Positions 33,262 through 45,813 of a stretch of DNA of 64,000 nt are shown here, piece after piece. This DNA is from Yuukianura sp. NJ FZ-2021. Its lineage: Eukaryota. The notes below the pieces were generated by a model. The model was not told where the DNA came from and did no database searches. It saw nothing but the letters and a program-made list of their open reading frames with translations. The stretch spans positions 2,728,001 to 2,792,000 of the forward strand of contig CM102289.1 of NCBI GenBank assembly GCA_046563655.1, read 5' to 3'. Numbering within the stretch: position 1 is the stretch's first letter; each line of letters starts with the position of its first letter. Both the position numbers and the translations under genes were made by a program.

Positions 33262-35788
33262 TCAACGTCGGACGAACAGCGAAGTGCAATGAGTCACAAA
33301 ATTGTGCTAAAAGTTAAAAACGGAAACATTTTCATTATGATAATGAAATTTCAAGTTTAAGCAAGTTTTAACACTGACCAGAATAGCAATTCTGTTGGCT
33401 TCACGAATATTTGTTAAGTTGTTTGTCATTCCCCTTGCCCTCCTCATCTGAGCGCGTGAACAATATCCTGGGACTAGAGTTTGGTTACGACTCATTTTAC
33501 TAAAAAAAATTTAAAAAATTTTTTTTAAAGAAACTTTGAAACGTTTTTTGACTGGACTGAGGTAAAAAATTTCAAAACTTACTGGAGCTTCTTGATCCTT
33601 CTCAAAGCGAAGATTCTCTCCATCAGACAATACTCTGCGCATGGCATCTCAAACGTCGTGGCGTCAAATTTTAGCGCCGTAATTTTTTCTTCTTCTCGTG
33701 AAGCGTTTTTATCCATTTGTACAGAAATTATCTGTTGATTCGTAACTTCACTTATGTATTGGAGGGGCGTTGTGTACAAAAAATTTGTAACATTTTCAAG
33801 TGAACGTGACGCAATTTGTTTATAAAACATTTCGAAACTTGTCGCAGCATCTTCAGTGTCCAAATCAAATATTTTCCTGGCTAGTCCACCTTTTGTATCA
33901 GACGAAATGTTTCTGCAAAGTCCAAAATCCGCTTCGGATCCAAATGCTAATGAGTAAATTGGAATTTGACTTCCAGGATTCTTGGCTTTCACTCTGGCTC
34001 TAATTAAATCTGGATTGATTATTCCAGAAGTGGCTTCTCCATCCGTAACAAAAAACAAAATAGATTTGGCTTTTAGATTGAGATTTTCCGTTTTTCGGGC
34101 TAAACCAATTCCTGCTTCCAACGCTGCAAGAATATTCGTGGATCCGTCTGCTGTTAGGTTTTGAATAAAATTCAAAGCCAATTCTTTGAATGGGTCGCTT
34201 AGAGGATGTAGTACCGTGGTATTTCGAAGTGGAGACCAAACCTGGTACAATTTTTTTTTATTTCAAAAAAGTCAAAACACTTTAATTTTGGTTTTCGAAG
34301 TTTTTAGTTTAAATTTTCTGAATAGATTACCTCAACTTTGTTTGAAAACGCAACAATGTCGATGAAGTTCGAAGTATTCTTGTAGTCAAGAGTTGATTCC
34401 ATTAAATTCAGGATTTTAGTCATACCCAGTTTGAGTTGTTTCATACGATGACCCTCCATTGACCCGGAAACATCCAGAATGAAAACCACGTGACGCGGTA
34501 ACAGCTCGTGTTTAAATTTCAGAGGATTTTCAGTCATATCCCAGCTACTGTCATCCAAATATGTCAAATAGCCATCCCGAACCTATCACGTACAAATACA
34601 AATGTCGTCTTGGCATAACCCACTTCTGATTTTTGTATCCACAAAATTTGGGTTATGTGTAGCTTACTACAACAGTCCGATCTGTTTCGTTTTGCCATGG
34701 AACAATATCGTACATGACGCTGACTTCGCCCAAAACCTCTTCTACAATCAGTTCCTGGAGCTCAGTGCTATTTGGACTCCATGATACTTGCCAACTGTTT
34801 TCGCCAAGTTTGAATGCAGCTTGTTTTATGACAATCAGTTTAGACGGGGTTCGTTTGCCCAGAATATTCGCAAGCCGAGGTGGCGACATTCGCGTCTCGT
34901 CTATGTTCACTTTTACTTCAAAAGATTTTAGTTTCAAAACCTAAGTACATAATAGTTTTTACAAAATTTTTTTTAAAATGTTTTTTATTGTTTGTTAGGT
35001 TTACCTGTTCCGGCTTGATGTTGACGTTGTAATGTAATAGAATGTTGTTTCCTGAAACTTTGTGTATGAGACCTTCGTACACAAAGGTGACCTCCACTGT
35101 CTGACTGCCTGGCAAGTAAATAGTCATCTTGTATGTGTCAAATTGAGTACTAGATGCTCCAGATGCCTCATTTAGTTCAACGACTCCAAGGAGGCGATTT
35201 GCCCTCGCGCTTTGGTTCAAGTATTTGTTTTGACCAGTATCGGTGACCTCCGCTTTTCCTTTGAAATGGGCACCATTTCGTTCTCTAGTCAAAATCAAGC
35301 GTTAAATTTCTGAAATGTGCTCAACTAATTAAAAATTATTTCAATATAGTTGAATTTACATGGTAAATTCCGTGACAAATTCGTTCTTGGGAATTTGAAT
35401 GTAGAATATGGCAGTTCTCTGTGCAGGACCATTGTTAGTAAGTTGCGTTAAAATGCGTGTGCGAACGTATCGATAGTGTATGTGTGAGTAAACATGAAGG
35501 TAGTTAACTTCTACAGCGTCAATTTCACGATTCGTTGAATTTTTTCCCGCCTAAAGCAAAACAAATAGCGTAAAATTACATAAATTTTTACGCAAAATTC
35601 CATAAAATTACAAAAGTCTTTAACATTGTCAATAGTGTAAGCGTTTTTGTTACTATTTGTACTTCAGAAGTTTGTACACTGCTATGCAGGAAGCGTTCCT
35701 TTGTGTCAACTACTGCTGCCGAAGTTACAAAACCTAATGACACAAGAATCGTCACAAACTTCACTTCGATGGACTGTAACTTACACAT
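33262..35788 (-). CDS. Inter-alpha-trypsin inhibitor heavy chain-like protein (signal + VIT + vWA), multi-exon
   Basis: VIT-like YLHVYSHIHYRYVRTRI..NN..AIFYIQIPKNEFVTEFT; vWA LPRHVVFILDVSGSMEG, GSTNI, FVTDGE, IPIYSLAFG; C-terminal MERIFALRRIKKL and HNFVTHCTSLFV resemble ITIH ERLWAYLTI / FVTPLTS. Some exon borders uncertain. Confidence 0.85.
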
Positions 35789-36594
35789 TGCTAGTTATTT
35801 AACTTTTGCAGAAACGTAAATTCGTTCCAAATTTTTACTTTCACTTTGAAATATTTGAAGTACATGGTGACTCAAGCGCTAATTTTGTCCAGACGCTTCA
35901 AAATGTAATGATTAACTGATCTCCTGAAATTGAAAGTTTCTCCGCACTATTAGATTTGTATTTGTAAAGGAAGTAAACGCTTCAGTCTCGAGTGTTAAAT
36001 TAATCAAATACTTGGAAAAAGTAAACGTAAAGTAGGGCTGTTGTGTTCTTCACAAAATTTTATAGTCTGTGTAAGATTATGGCATTGAATTGAACTGAAA
36101 ATGAAGTTTCAAATCGCAGCATTTTGGTGATTAAAATGTAAATGTAGGTTCTTAAGTCAACAAACTTTAAAAGTTTAACAAACTATTAACCTAGTTAAGA
36201 TAAGAAAGATCTACGCAGACGTCATGACTTTTGAAGTGTTTTTAATTAGTAATGTAATCAATCATATTGTCTCCTTTTCACTAACATCCGCTGACGCTTA
36301 TTGCCAAATACAAATTCTGATGTCAACAATTAGTATCGTTTGGCGTGACTCAATACATGCATCATCATATGTCATATCATTTTTCAAAATAATATTTTAT
36401 TTTACAATAAAATGAGGTTAAGGAGATAAATTTCAGATAAAAATTTGTGATCTTCTTCGTCTTGTGCTACTTTACAAAATTGTTGTATCAGTTTAATGTA
36501 CAGAATAAGTTAACAGGTCATCGACATCAATAAATCAAAGACTAAATATGATAATTTAATCTATTCTATATATTAAGTTTTCATGAAATTTAAT

Positions 36595-39500
36595 CTAAAG
36601 TTTTGTTTCAAACGGAAGTCCAGACTTTTCGGATTCGGAGGATAACATTATCGTGTTCTCTCCAACCTAAACAAAATCATCAGGAATTTGGTCAAATTTT
36701 AGTGAAATATTGTTAAAATAAGATATACATAAAAATGTAAATAATATGTTATTAACTAACTCGTGAGTTTCTGACACTTGTGGACATCGTTGTGTTGCTC
36801 TGTTCGGCTGATCCGTCCGTCAGTCCCACCGAAGGTTCCGAACGTCGGTTGACCTCGTTTCGTCCGACTTTTGTGTTGTCGGCTGAAAGAAACGTGGAGT
36901 GCCATGCTGTGACACGGCGTGTAAGCACTACGCGTACTTGTTTGTTCATCCAGCAGTGAAATATAAAAATAAATATTCCCTAAAAACAGAAGAAAAAAAT
37001 TAAAATATAGTAATAATGTTTGAGTTTCACTTCAAAGTTATTTACCTGTGATGCATTGAGAATAGTAAAAATATATGCTCCAATTATTGCAGCAGTATAA
37101 TTGTTAATTGTTAATAGGAATCCAAATATCCAAGTTACTCCCAGCAAACAGGTCAATGATAGAGTTCCTACGATCATTACTCTAAAAGAAACAAAAATTA
37201 GTTAATCTTTAATTAATTTTTGAATTGCCGTTTTTCAAATTTTAATTCTTGGGGAAAAAATTTTTTTGAACCTGGTTTGCTTTGCTGCTTGCTTCGATGA
37301 CGGCATTTTCTTTTTGAAAGCTGTCTCTAGCGCAATTACTAGGATGAAAATGTTTGCCTGTTTCAAAATTTCAACAAAAAATTTAGCATTTTACAAGGTT
37401 TTTTTTTGAGTTTTTTGTATAAATTTTGTATAAATGCACGTACGATACAAATAAGCATGACAGGTAAGATGAAACTCCAAATGTAATTTCCCTGTAACCA
37501 GCAACTGAAATGCAATAAAATATAAAATAATAAGTAAAAACAGATTCAACAAACAAATTGACTTTTTAAGTAAATTTTTACTTGTGACTTACTATAATTC
37601 GCCACCATAAGTGGATCCTTCCGTTGAAACGTGGATGATCAGAAATGTTAAAACAATGGAGAGTGGAACTCCATAAGCCAGGAGGCGCAATTTAATTTTA
37701 TTTTCGGCGCCAGATTCGAAAACATCCACAACCATTTTGTACACAATGAAACCTTCAATTCCCATCCACGTAAATGCGGCGAGGAATGCAAAATGCGATA
37801 CCATTCCCACAAAGGCACACAATCCCTGCAAAAAAAAAAGTATACAATAAGTTTGTTACATAATAAAAAATTTCAATCGCTATGATTCCCTTGCGGGAAA
37901 ATTTTTGACAAAATTTGTTTACAATTATAAAACTGGCTATCAGCTTACGTGTGGAAGCGGAAAGTTGTCTCTATCCATAAGTGTGAGGATAAGAATGTTT
38001 CCAATGAGGAGGCAAAAACAAAGATGAATGGTAACACTTGACCTCGGGTTTCGCACGGAGTGAAGTCGCTTGAAAATTATAATTGTGGCCAACAGGCACA
38101 AACACGAAATTGTGCAGAAAAGTCTTGTCAGTACAATGATTCCTATATCTTTTCCCTAAAATTAAGACCAAAATTTACATAAAGTCCCCAATATTTTGAA
38201 AATCATTTTAGCACAAATTTTAAATCGTACGACATAGTGATGAACGTCCATCAAAACAGCGAATGAAGACAAATGCATGCATTCACATGTGGAGTGCGTC
38301 CTCCCCGATTCAACCAATCGGCAGCCTTCAGAAGACCAATTTCTAAAAAAATAAGTCAATAGTGGATTATAAAATTAGTGTTTCAAACATTCCGAAATTT
38401 TGAAATCAAAATGGAGAATTTCGAAAACTTCAAGTTTATACATACAGCGTTTCCGTGTCCCAGTAAACGCAAACTGCACTGCCAAGTACTACTGTGGATG
38501 GTTCGTCAGCATGGAGTCTGCGCGGAATATTGACTGGCCCCTCACTGCCGTCTTCCTCGTGTGGAAAGGTGATGCGAATTCCTTTTCCTGTGTATTAGCA
38601 CAAAAAAGTTGAGTTTTTACATTTGTGTTAGAAAGACGAACTCCAAAATCTAATACCTTTGAAATTTAATTTTGTCGCCGCAGAACCATTTCTGTTTGAT
38701 ACGCTGAACGTTGCTAATTTACTGTTGACGCGTTTCGGCTGATCCACTTCTGCGCCGTTTGGAATTATGTTGTGAACACACTGAGGCGCCATGTTCATCT
38801 GCACAAAATGAATCTCGTCATCGTCAGCATCAGCATCCGGAAGAATTTGATTGGTCCACCCGCTCGGCAGTGTTATCACTGGATCTTTTGGACGTTGGCC
38901 TAAAATCTCTAGTTGGTCGCCATTTGCCAATGATTTTCGAAGTGAGCCAACACGAACTGCCACGTTTTCGGAATGAAAGAATGATTTTTCATAATTTGGA
39001 ATTCCCGCCTTTCTTCCAGTCTTGGCCAAGCGGAACATTGTGGCCTCCAAAGTATTTATCAATTGAGTTCCAGCTGCAGCACGTTCTTGCTAAATGAGGT
39101 CAAAAATAAATTTCAAAATTTTCAATTTTGTTTATTTGTTTTTGTTTTTTGTAAAACTTTACTTACAACCTGCAGTTGGTTCCACGTAGTTGACTCACTG
39201 GCGATTGTATCCAGAATTGAAACAGAAGATGACACAAGCGATTCCGCCGTTTCCAGTTCGTTTGTGTCCAGCATTTGGTTGACCCGGTCAACCAAAGTCA
39301 GAATTCCCGGAATTTCATGTCCAAAGTAGTGCGTACCCCCGTTAGATTTGACATGTTTTAAAACTATTTCTGTCGTTCTGAAGCCACCGTCCCCACCACG
39401 TTGCTTTGGATTCTGAAAAGTAAAATAACAATGACAAGAAATTTTTGAATTTCTTTCAGGTTCAGATTGGAAAATTTAGAAAAATGTAAGCTTTTGAACC

Positions 39501-40716
39501 TTGAGAATTGAAATTTCCGCCTCAGAAATCCATGTCGAGTGGCACTCGGAGTACATTGGGTGAGGTTGGACAAAATGACCGTTGGCCCCACACTGCCAAA
39601 CGACACTTCCTTGAGCGTCGCCTGGACATTCGCGGAAGCCCGTCCCACCTAAACACACTTCCCAATGAGTTCCATACAGGTCAGTCGATGCACATTTTCG
39701 TTCACAAGAAGAATGACTGTCGCTTATTTTGTGTTGTGCCAATTTTGAATTATTGCTTTCAGCAGTAAGGCGTTCGATGGATGAAGAATCGCTTGATTTG
39801 TCTTCGGCAGGTAAAGTACTACTTTCATGTTCAATCAACACGGTAGCGGTAACTTTGCTTTGTGGTTCAGATTCCAGACTCTCGGTAGTAGTTGGCTTCC
39901 AAGGTTCATATTCACCCTTGTCTGGAAAATCCGGCAATTCGTAGGATTCGTCCGGATCTCTTGAACTTGTACTTGGTTGCGCCTGCGTAACTTCTTCATG
40001 TTCAGTTGAATATGGATGGATCACTGAAATTTCTACTGAGTCAATTTGTCGAAGTGAGGAAGTTTCTGGACCTGTTTTACCAATTTGAAAACAAAATTGA
40101 AAAATTGACTTGATATGTTAGTTGAAGTCGATGCAATGTTATTTTAAAGAAATCTTTTTTTTTTTGACATTACGTGAAGAATTTGAGCTGCGGATTTCTT
40201 TTCTGCATGACGATAATTTATTTTTGCCAATAGCGACAATGGCATTTTCATCTTCGCTGACTTCGCCTTTGCACTTTGGTTGACGGTACAACTTGATGCA
40301 ATTTGCAGAAACGTGGATTGAATTGAAGTCCAGATAACTCAGTTCCAGGCAAATCTGCTGGTTTACATGGGCATCATCGTAGCCTGAATCACGCAAAAGC
40401 GCAAGAGATTCACTGGTTTCTAAAACTCTTCTCTCAACTGCTTCTGGAGAAGCAGATCCGCTTTCTAAAAGAAATTACGCAGTTGAATAAACGAATTTTC
40501 CATTTTCAGACATATCAATGCCAAACATGAAAAATTCATGACTTCTGGGAAGTCAAAAAAATTATAGCGACAGTTTTAAAATTCAAAAAAAAGAGTCTCG
40601 AATTCATTTACTCAACTGTATTGGCCATGCCCAGGAAAATTTGGTTCAACAAGCCTCGCCTTCGCTACAGTGACAGCAAGAAGCATCCCCAGCACTATTG
40701 AGATCGGAAGCAACAT
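36595..40716 (-). CDS. Latrophilin/Cirl-like adhesion GPCR (HormR, GAIN/GPS, secretin-type 7TM), multi-exon
   Basis: Signal-like [20 protein letters not shown]; HormR-like [61 protein letters not shown] motifs [38 protein letters not shown]. Start codon tentative. Confidence 0.88.
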
Positions 40717-42226
40717 TGTCCAATTAGGCGTCACCGTTTTATCACTTTTTATTGCAGGACGGAAACGTAGAATATTGTTCACAATCGCCTACACATTTTG
40801 CTTATGCGAAGTTGGGAAACAGTTACACCAAAACACGAAAATTCGAACACACACAAGGAAAAACTCAAAAACTCGGATTCAGGAATCCACACTCCGCTTG
40901 AAACTCTTTGCACTGATTGCAAAATTTTGAATTTTGAGTCCGGTGCATATACACACAATGTTAGTTTTTCTACTTCCAAGAAATTAGCTTATGTTAACTT
41001 TTATCACATTTCCGTCCACTTTTATCACCTGTAACTCAGCGGAGGAACAAATATTTGATCAACGTGAGTTGGCGTCTGTTCCTGTCTCAATCACTTTTCA
41101 CAGAAGAACTTCACGGTCATGGCATGGCATTGGCAACTGAAAAAAAAGTCAAACAAGATGAGGGGGATGATGATGAGAAGACGACACTTTCCAGAAGTCA
41201 CAAAATCTCACTTAGGAGTTTCAAATTGTGAATTCAGCGCCTAAATGTTGAACTTTAAACGATACGCTAATGACAACTTGCAGATATGAACTAATCATGA
41301 CTATAACTACTACTCTACAGATTAAAATTTTCGACTGATGCAGCAGAATTGTAAATAGAACTGAAGTAATAGCAACTGTAACAAATGGAGATTAGAATTT
41401 ATAAAAAGACTGCTGCTGCTTCTGTTCTTTTAACTCAAAACACACCGATGATATGTTAAGCAAACGTGGTTGCAGATCCCTCGTTTTCTCTGTACTTGAA
41501 AATACAACCTGGACTATAGGGGTTGATATTTTTTTTTGCAAAGTTTTATTGCTTAAAAGCTGCTTCGTAATGCACAAGTGATCAGAGAGTGAAAGATGAC
41601 TTTAGGCGATAATCATACTAGCCTTGCCAAAAACACACACGATTGTTTAAGTTCCTGAAACTGCAATGTACATACTTCCATTCCCTTTTAATTCACCCTG
41701 CACACATCAGCATCAGCGTCACTCTAAACTTTTAGCAATAAAGCGGAGGTCATAAAGACTTTTGCTCCACTTGATTATTATTAGGACTAGAATTCATTGT
41801 GTAAATAAACAATGAGTAATTTACTACTACATGGAAAATGTGTAACCAAGTACAAAATGGAAAAGTTTTGGCAACACTTGCTGCTGCGCCCTTGTTCTAT
41901 CCCAGATAGTTTTACGACGGCCATTTGGTGAAAAATTTTCAACAACAAAATGACGAATTTGGTTAAATGTGAAAACGAAGACTAATATGTTTTCGGCTAG
42001 TATTTGATTAACTTAACGATTATGATTTTTTTTTCATTGGGTCACTTCACTCGATATCTGGAAGGATGCATAGAGATGCAAAAATTGACATTGTGAAATT
42101 TTTTGGATCCTTAAGAAACTTTTGTCACAAGTTTTCAGGAGTTCGTTCGGGTACGAAATTAGATGCATAAAATTTAAAAAAAAACAATTTTTTTATGAAT
42201 TATTAATAACAGTTGATTATTTTATA

Positions 42227-42946
42227 GGTTCCAGGTCATAACCGACAATCCAAAAATCGACAATCCAATAATCGACAATCAATAATCGACAATTCCAAAA
42301 ATCGACAATCCTTCAAGCGACAATCCTAAAATCGACAATTTCCAAAATCGACAATTTCAGAAATCGACAATTCCAAAATCGACAATTCTAAAATCGACAA
42401 TGTCAAAAATCGACAATCCTAAAACCGACAATTCCAATATTGATAGAAACCAGAAAGCAGTCTAACGGAAAAATTTTACTATCGCGGTGCTGAACACGAA
42501 TATGCAATCAGATTTGTGCAGTTTCGCCAGACAACATGGTTATGATTTTTTGAAATTTTGAAATTTTCCTAACCCAGACTTATGTAGACAATAAACCCTA
42601 CAGACGTAATTACTATTGTCTGCTTTACCAAACCTAACGCCGCGCCTTCGGCGCGGTACCGCATGCTAAGCTAGCCACACTTCATCAGTACTGCCAGTTG
42701 TGTCACTATAGCCAAACTTATAGAATACAACCTTCAACATACCGCGGACGATAGTAAAATTTTTCCGTTTTTTATCGATTTTTGACATTGTCGATTTTAG
42801 AACTGTCGATTTCTGAAATTGTCGATTTTTGAAATTGTCGATTTTAGGATTGTCGCTTAAAGGATTGTCGATTTTTGGAATTGTCGATTATTGATTGTCG
42901 ATTATTGGATTGTCGATTTTTGGATTGTCGGTTATGACCTGCTACG
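42227..42946. mobile_element. Fold-back (MULE-like) MITE with arrays of AATCGACAAT subrepeats in its TIRs
   Basis: CAGGTCATAACCGACAATCC.. (42232) / ..GGATTGTCGGTTATGACCTG (42941); 8-bp TSD ATTTTATA at 42219-42226 and 42947-42954; absent from the paralogous site near 45760. Confidence 0.85.
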
Positions 42947-43003
42947 ATTTTATATTGCTAAAAATCTTCAATTTTCTACGGTTAAAAATGAGCTGCCTTA
43001 ACT

Positions 43004-45032
43004 CTATCGTTTGAATTCGTTGATGAACTCCACCTTGTCATGGTACTTGCAAATAGCCTTTCCTGCGACACTTTTGTTGACGTACTTGAGGCCACGACAC
43101 TGAAAACAAACACATCTTCTATGTTAATTTCACAATATTTAATTCAAGTTTAATTGTCATTTCAAATATTAATGCTACGATTCATAATTATATTTTATTG
43201 AATATGCGAACATACATGCTCGTTGTGTTTCTTGAAAATGAGATGTGGTAGTCTTTGTAGCCTTCCTGTCGCGGATGCATACAAAGCGCCGTTCATGTCG
43301 TCAACTCGAAAATCAATCTCCAGACATCTCAATTCTAAAATTTTAATTTTTTTTATGAATTTGTGCATGTTAGGCATAAAATTAAAAAAATGTCTAACTT
43401 TTAAATTACAGCGTAATTTAGCTTATAATAGCGTAAATTACTTGTCAGTTCCCAGATTGGACTCTTCACGACACCCGTTTTCTCGTCAAAATTTTCAACC
43501 TTTTGCAGTACATAATTAAGCGTGTCTGTACTTCGTGGAGGAGGTTCAACAGTCAAAACTTCCCACGAGCTTCCCGTTAGCCTCAAATATTCCAGATTAG
43601 GTAAACTGGGCATCAAGGCCCGAAAATCTTCAAATTGTTGGGACAGCGATATCTGTGGATATTGTTCCAAATTCGAGCTTAAGCGTACAGTAAGTTTCCT
43701 TACATTTGGGAACAGCAAATGCTCATTGTTTGAAGTTATGCCTGTGACACGAGTCAAGCGTAGTTGGTGGACGGTGTAGAATGGATTCGTTGGTAAATCC
43801 GGAATGTCAGCATAGTGACTACATTCATGAAAAAATTTAAGTTTGTAGAGAGGCAACGTTTGAATCCAGTTCCAAAGTGGAGCTTTGAGTGCTTGATCAA
43901 GTTCAGGCGGAAGGGAAACGGCAAGAGCAACAATCCTCGGTTGAGGATCCAAGGTTACGAGTTGATTGAAAACATTCTGAAATGCATTGGTGATGATTCC
44001 AAGACGAAGTTTAACTTTTGTATAAGGTGAGTGCAAGAGGCGTAGATAATTGGGTAGTTTTTGCAATTCTGCTGAAAGCATTGTGCGTTCCATGGGGTTG
44101 TTTTCGGTCCCGACAAACTCTCCTGGATTTCCAGGTCGATCGTAAGCAATTGAACAGAAGTATGGATAGTACCGTAGAGACAGGACTTCCAGACGACGGG
44201 AATGCATGATTACCTTTTCCAACCATGTATGAGTAAGGTTGAAAGGAATTGTGTATTTGCTAAGTATAAACTTTATTTTGAACTTTTTTGGAAACGTTTC
44301 CACATTGCTTGAATCGTAGGCGCCGGGAATAGCAAATTCGTAGTGGACCAGGAGTGACAATGATGTCAAATTTGCAGTGTTCAACAAAAATAGGCGAAGT
44401 GTTTGAGCATAGTCGGCACTCCACATAACGCCTTTTTTTAGAATCCAACTTGAAATTTTATAACTCAATTTTTTTCGAAAACTAAACTGAATCCTTAGTT
44501 CACCCACGTCTGCACCATAATTTTTCAGGAACGTTTCGATTGTTTCTGTCGTTGTGTCATGGTCAAAATAGAAAGAAAATTTCGAGAATGGAATTTTTGT
44601 TCCTGGAGTTGTGCGCATGAGCCACAAGAAATATTTGATTTCCTTGTCACTTCGGAAGATGATCGGTTTGCATTTAGTTCTTAGAGTCAGCAATGTAGCT
44701 ACGCTGTTCCTCCAAGCACTGCAAACTAAGCGACATGCCAAAATGTCAGTGGCAGCAAGTGTCGAATATATCTGCACGAAAATCTACATATAAACCAAGG
44801 TTACTATAGCAACCAATCTACAAATAGTCTACAAGAATAAACAATTTGTTTTTTTTTTGTTTACCCACCTTGATATAAACAACAACAAAAGTTATAACTT
44901 TTAATTTTAAAAACTAATTAATTGCGATTAATAAAATTTCACCTCGGGTGGAAGCTGATTAATTAAACTCTCTTGCTGTTTGGATACTTCTAATGCTTCA
45001 CTTTCTTCCATCTTTTGTATTGTTGCAGACAT
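43004..45032 (-). CDS. F-box / LRR-like protein, tandem paralog A (4 exons)
   Basis: LINQLPPE|IFVQIYSTLAATDILACRLVCSAWR F-box; exons 45032-44943, 44783-43442, ~43334-43216, ~43099-43004. Confidence 0.85.
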
Positions 45033-45813
45033 GACTATTACGCGGATAATAAAATAATATGCTTTATTTCTAGTAAGACTTTTATTTGAAATACTTTTAG
45101 TGATCTTTTTTATTCGATTGAATTCGTTGAAGAGAGAAAGAAGTGACTATACTCGCTAGTTCAAGTGTCAGAAAGAAAAAGCGAGATCAAGGGACACTTC
45201 TCAAAAGACGTCACAAAAGTAGACCCTTCAAGGGACCCTTATTAGACCTTGAAAAACAATCTTAACTGAAAAGGAAGTCTGTGTTTTTGAGAGAAGGGAC
45301 GAAGGGAGTGTAACTGTGATATTGGACTATTGCTTGTTGGCGAATATCAAAAAAAAAATTCAAAAACTGAATTTCGAAAAACAGAATGAACAATAAGTAC
45401 AAAATGGAAAAGGTTTGGCAAAACTTGCTCCTCTGCCCTTGTTCTAGCTCAGATAGTTTTATGATAGCCATGTGGTGAAAAATTTTCAAAAACGAAATGA
45501 CGAATAATTTGGTTAAATATGAAAATGTGGACTAATTTTTCGGTTTGAATCTGAGTATGACGTGATTTTTTTCATTGTGTCACTTTTGACTGGTATCAAG
45601 ATACAGCAAAAATTAACATTGTGTTTTTTGGATCTTACAAAAACTTTTGTCACAAGTTTTCAGGAGCTCTTTATTGGTATGGAATTAAATGCTTAAATTT
45701 TATTTAGAATTTAGATGCTTAAAATTAAGACAAAAAATTTATTTTTTAGGATTATTATTTTTTAGTGACAAAAATATGAAATTTTGTACAGTTAAAAATG
45801 AGCTGCCTTAAAT

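Noticed and set aside
42240..42435. Regularly spaced AATCGACAAT repeats as a CRISPR-like array
   Set aside because: Units are ~12-14 bp with no unique spacers, are mirrored at 42775-42935 and are bounded by a TSD; these are MITE TIR subrepeats in eukaryotic DNA.
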